Assembly (NCBI RefSeq): GCF_006345805.1
Contig: NC_043013.1
Location: 14,756,001 to 14,820,000 of the forward strand
Length of the DNA: 64,000 nucleotides
Direction: 5' to 3'
From: Octopus sinensis
Lineage: Eukaryota
A program made the position numbers and the translations under genes. The notes below the pieces were generated by a model that was not told the DNA's origin, ran no database searches, and saw nothing but the letters and a program-made list of their open reading frames with translations. Shown one piece after another: positions 59,076 through 64,000 of this stretch (position 1 is its first letter; the number at the start of each line of letters is the position of its first letter).

Positions 59076-60783
59076 GTGAGTTTAAGGGGTTTGACCACCG
59101 CCAACTGGTCTCTGGTACCCATTTAATATCTGTGTGTTTATTTCTGAGATGGACACTAAACTAGTTCTTACAACTGATTTGTTTGAGAATTCTTCTCTGT
59201 CTGTGTAGTATGTAATCCAGTACCATTGGGTCATATTTGAGTGGCCAGTGACTGAATAGACAAAAATGTAGTAAAGAGTTGAAGGCCAGTAGCATCCATA
59301 TCCTGTGGCCGAGATGGGTGCTAGCAAGATTGCCGAGTCCAGTAAAACATTTGAATGTCAGTTATTTTGTTGCATCAATATTTAATTCTATGCTAAAACA
59401 ATGAGCTGGCTGAATTGTTAGCTTGATGTACAAAATGCTTAATGGCATTTTGTCTGTATCTACAATCATCATCATCATCATCGTTTAACATCCACTTTCC
59501 ATGCTAGCATGGGTTGGACGATTTGACTGAGGGCTAGTGAACCAGATGGCTGCACCAGGCTTCAATCTTGATCTGGCAGAGTTTCTACAGCTGGATGCCC
59601 TTCCTAACGCCAACCATTCCGAGAGTGTAGTGGGTGCTTTTACATGCCACCAGCACAGGGGCCAGTCCAGAGGTACTGGCAACGACCTCACTCGAATCTT
59701 TTACACATACCACCAGCACAGGTGTCAGTAAAGCGATGCTGGTAATGATCACGCTTGATTGGTGTCTTTTACATGCCACCAGCACGGAGGCCAGATAGCC
59801 GCTCTGGCAACAATCATGCTCGGATGGTGCTCTTAATATCCTACTAGCACAGGACTAGAGTGCCAGTGTTCAAATTTCACTGAGAGGAACTAGTAGATTA
59901 CATCGACCCAAGTGCTTAACTGGTACTTACTTCATTGACCCCAAAAGGATAAAAGGCAAAGTCGACTGAATTTGAACTGAGGTTGACTTACCACTTCATC
60001 CTTTCAGGGTTGATAAAATAAGTACCAGTTGAACTCTGAGGTCAATGTAATCAACTTACCCCCTCCTCCAAAATTGCTGGCCTTGTGCTTAATTCTCTAT
60101 TGGATTGATCAAGGCCCAGAATCCTCAAGACTGGGTGAAGTGGAAAAGATAGGTAAAAAAAAATATTGAGTTGATCCAACAGCAAAAATGCTATGGTCAA
60201 AAACTCAACTCAGTTTCAGAGAAGGGCTCTTACTAATAAAACTGCTGGACACTAATTAAATTGTACTTTTGACCATCAGTTGGTTTATGACTCTTTCAGC
60301 ATATATTGTTTCTAAGATGATACTTGCTATTTCTAACTTTCAATTAAAAGTCTTCAATTAAATTGCCAGTGTCCAACACTCTTATGTTAACAGTAATGTT
60401 AGCTGTTCATAGGTCTGTGGAATAGTTTGCACTTTGCAGTAAAAATAAGTTCAACACTACATTTAACTATGTGTGTGTGTGTGTCTGTGTGTGTGTGTAT
60501 TGATTAAATAATAAATGATTGCTATCAGAAAAAAATTGAATGCTTTTTATTAATAGAAAATAAAATAACTCAGTAAAAATAAGTTGGTTGAATTAAAACA
60601 GTGTTTTAATCAATTTATCAATATTTTATACAGGAAATCTTTCTTTATACTCCATACTAGCATAGAAAAATGATATTTTTGTTGAAGTACACTGCTTCTA
60701 TTTCAATTAATTTTGAAAATAATGATGAAATTACTAAAGCAACTAAGCTGGTGCCTGGAACACAAATTAACACAATACTTTAA

Positions 60784-61005
60784 CCCTTTCATGACCAACC
60801 TGTCTGAAACCGTCTCTGGCTCTGTAGTATAAATGTCTCGTTTTCATAAGTTTTGAATTAAAATCTTCTACCAAACCTTAGTCACAATTTATACTCCTAC
60901 CACAAGCTTAATGATAACTAAGATATTTTACTAAATTCTTTGTTATATTTAAAATTAATTAAAAGAAACACAGAACATCTCAAAATAAATGCGGTAATGA
61001 AAGGG
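60784..61005. mobile_element. piggyBac-like MITE family A
   Basis: TTAA-flanked, 222 bp, same orientation as 34956. Confidence 0.85.
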
Positions 61006-61149
61006 TTAATGGCAGGTTTTCATTTAGATCACATTGAAAACAAAGACTATATCATAGAACCAGGGGCATTCTCAAGCGGTTTGTTATCAGAAGGATTAAT
61101 GAGATTTCTCTATTAAATTTCTGAGTTTCATCGAAAATAATAATTTTTG

Positions 61150-61191
61150 CCAAATAAACACCCACACTATATACTTGTTCTTCAGTTCAGC

Positions 61192-61222
<31 letters not shown>

Positions 61223-61430
61223 TTAGTGTCCTTTGTCTGAAATCTTTCATCACACATCTTGTGACCTCTTCAGTGACTCTCCATCCCATGTGTCACCTCC
61301 TGTTCTGTTTAGTAAACAGAGAATCGCTGAAGAGGTCATAGGGGATGTGTGACGAAAGATTTCAGACACTAAAATAAGAACAATAATAATAAAACTGAAG
61401 AACAAGTATATAATGCAGGTGTTTATTTGG
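61150..61430. repeat. Imperfect foldback / MITE-like inverted repeat (~125-bp arms)
   Basis: CCAAATAAACACC...GGTGTTTATTTGG ends; arms pair along nearly the full length, with indels. Confidence 0.85.
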
Positions 61431-61491
61431 GAGGGAAAAAATAGCTGTTCTGTATATTATTATGTGGCATATTTCAACTTCTTATTTTCAG

Positions 61492-61622
61492 TGGTCTCTC
61501 CCCCATGCAACAACACAATGATCCCAACTCCTATTCCTGGTGCTTAATTCGCTATGCTATTGTTCGACTAGTGCTGCACAACTTGCACAACTTCCTACCC
61601 ATGGTTTCTATGGAACTGCAAG
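61492..61622 (+). CDS. DMXL2: DMXL exon: ...QHNDPNSYSWCLIRYAIVRLVLHN...
   Basis: ttttcag|T...CAAG|gtaggt; 131 nt, phase 2 to 1. Confidence 0.95.
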
Positions 61623-62689
61623 GTAGGTCAAAGGTTTTGTTTTATATATATATATATATATGGTTGTTTCAGTATACTTATTTCTTTATAGGTACAAGTG
61701 TCTCCATAAGCTGTGTGGTTAAGTAACCTGCGTCCCAACCATGTGGTTTTTGGGTTCAGTATCAGTGGGTTGACTCTTTGGGCAAGTGTCTTTTACTATA
61801 GTCTCAGATTGACTCAACCCTTGCGAGTGGATTTTGTAAAAGGAGACTGAAAGAAGCCCATTATGTGTGTGTGTGTGTGTGTGTGTGTATTGCCAACCCA
61901 CTCCTTTCTCCAAGTAAAGTAATATTCCCCTATAGCATGACATGCTTTTCACAGAAGACTGTTATCGCAGAGACACTGTGTATGAATAATAGATGAGATG
62001 ATGATCATGGCTGGAATGTCTTTGATCTTGAATCTCCTGAATCAGGATTGGGACGTTGGAGTCTAAACAGCAATAACTTGTTAGAAGTATTATAATGAAA
62101 GAATTAAACATTTTCCAAATTTTTTTTTTTATGATATTTTTATTATTAATATTAAATTTGCTTTTTAGATTTTTTTTATCTTTTACTTGTTTCAGTTATT
62201 AGGCGTTAGCCATGCTGGGACATCCCCTTGAAGAATTTTTGATCGAATGAATTGACCCCAGTACTTAGCTTTTGTTAAACCTGGTGCTTATTCTATCAAT
62301 TATTTATGCTGAACTGCTAAGTTACAGGGATAAAAACACACCAACACTTGTTGTCAAGTAGTGGTGGGAGACAAACATACCCACACACACACACACATGC
62401 ACATACACACACACACCACACTCATGCACACATATTTGACGGGCTTCTTTCAGTTTCCATCTCCCAAATCTACTCACAAGGCTTTGGTCGACCTGGAGCT
62501 GTAGTAGTGGGCACTTGCCCAAATTGCCACACTGTGGGATTGAATCCAGAACCATGTAGTTGGGAAGCAAGTTTCTCCCCACACAGCCACACCTGTTTTT
62601 ATTATTAATATTAATTTTTTTTTTTTTTTTTGTGTGTGATTAAAATATTAATGACTTGCCTTTGAAATTGATGTGATTCTGTTTTGCAG

Positions 62690-62885
62690 AACTTCCTGTC
62701 AGTTCTCCGTTGCTACATGCTGTTCTGAAGAATCTGGAACAATGGGAGGAAGTGTTACACAGCAAGCTAGAATTGTTCTCTGGGCCACCAGATAATTACA
62801 TTCCTCACCTGATCCTGGATGTTGAAACAGGAATACCTCACACAAAATATGAGGCTTTACTCAAACCTCATAACTCGCCCTTCAT
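62690..62885 (+). CDS. DMXL2: DMXL exon: ELPVSSPLLHAVLKNLEQWE...GPPDNYI...NSPF
   Basis: tttgcag|AA...TTCAT|gtaaga; 196 nt, phase 1 to 2. Confidence 0.95.
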
Positions 62886-63537
62886 GTAAGATATTTTCTA
62901 AACTCACTGTATTTTATATATATAGATGTATGCATACCTTTTCCTTCTTTGGACACTAAACTCTGCTTGCAAAGACCTATTGAGGCAAGTGAAATCAAAG
63001 TCAAATTTGATGATTGACATCCGTGCTAGTGGATGTTTTTTGTATCTGGTTTGCAAGATTCTTTATGTGAATTTGTGTGTTGAAACAAATTTTGTTGTCT
63101 CTAGGGAGTGTCATTGTGGCAATATAATTAACACACATACTCGTTCAATTCCACTCATTTATTAAATATCTGATATTTATTTTTATTTTTTTTTTTTTGA
63201 TGAAGTTCTCCTTGCTGAGAAGGTTACAAAAAAGCAATGAAAGAGCTTTGACAAAAAAAGCAGATATTTAATAAATGAGTGGAAATGAACCAGTGTGTAT
63301 GTTAATTATATTGGCATGGTGACCCTCCCTAGACACAACAAAACTTACTCCTTAGTTACACGTGTTTCAATACTATATGGTAGGTGTTTTGTGTTACAAC
63401 ATATTGCATGTGATCATTGTACATCATATCATATATCAGCTTAAATTAAGATTCTCCATTGACCACATCATCACTTATGTTTGCCATACCTCCATCTCCA
63501 TCTCACATGTTGCGTCATCTCTGCTTTATATTTTCAG

Positions 63538-63658
63538 AAACCACCACTCAACCTTACCCTTGAAACGTCTCTGGTTTCTCATTGTCAAAGAAGAATACCT
63601 GAAGGATGTGTTCATTCGCTACATCTTCCGGAAGAAAAGGTTTCTTGAAGATACTGAG
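63538..63658 (+). CDS. DMXL2: DMXL exon (last in window): ...LPLKRLWFLIVKEEYLKDVFIRYIFRKKR...
   Basis: ttttcag|A...GAG|gtgagt; 121 nt, phase 2 to 0. Confidence 0.95.
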
Positions 63659-63717
63659 GTGAGTATGTCTTGTCAGTGGTGGAATTGCTCTAACTCTCCT
63701 CTTCTCTCTTATGTGTG

Positions 63718-63765
<48 letters not shown>

Positions 63766-64000
63766 CACACACACACCTGTATATATAGTTCAAATTTACA
63801 GAAAACTAAAGGCAAAGACAGGTGTAGGAATAACAAGCAGGTGTATTAGTTGAACACTGGGAATAATGGAAAAGCCTTTTACGTTTCGAGCCTATACTCT
63901 AGTTGAGAAGTTTGCTTTGTAACCCATGTGTGGTTTCAAGTTCAGTCCCACTGTGTAGTACCCTGGGTGTTTTCGACTATAGCCCCAGGCCCACCAATTA

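Larger units (their letters stand above)
10327..63658 (+). other. DMXL2: DmX-like protein / Rabconnectin-3 alpha gene (partial: 30 internal coding exons, no start or stop in window)
   Basis: Exon translations match recalled DMXL1/2 motifs in colinear order (HPRAVTGFSWRKTS, DRKIE..W..SPDMLF, ELILWKVDP.GPLS, LDWVSTEDGSHILTV, QYHP.QL.EL, WRKAALKNAF.LLG.QRF, HPDPFLRS, GCP.LALEVLSK, SPLP.PTTLPLLSASIAS, F.PPELSM, DPNSYSW). All splice phases chain; 8222 nt total. Invertebrates typically have one co-orthologue of DMXL1 and DMXL2, so the symbol is nominal. Confidence 0.96.

Overview
AT-rich, repeat-dense animal genomic DNA. The SINE and MITE content looks like an octopus or other coleoid cephalopod (inferred, not verified). 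The window lies inside one large plus-strand gene, the DmX-like / Rabconnectin-3 alpha orthologue (DMXL1/2, Rbcn-3A), a WD40 scaffold and V-ATPase assembly regulator. I assembled 30 GT-AG exons between 10327 and 63658 whose intron phases chain into one open frame of 8222 nt (~2740 codons). The N-terminal exons (~120 aa) and the C-terminal WD40 exons lie outside the window or were not found. Three further frame-preserving candidate cassette exons (42, 69 and 78/93 nt) were found. Introns hold three to four SINE/retroposon families, RTE and CR1/L2 LINE fragments, a LINE ORF1 fragment, Helitron-type elements, two piggyBac-like TTAA MITE families, an IR/DR-type Tc1 fossil, three mariner derivatives, a tRNA-Glu half fused to a retroposon tail, minisatellites and several long near-perfect hairpins. 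I found no new multi-gene system. The most interesting signals are the intronic dsRNA structures (possible ADAR editing or back-splicing elements), the cassette exons, and a tailless SINE whose four copies are all followed by GGTAT. All coordinates were read by hand; repeat boundaries are approximate unless a TSD is given.
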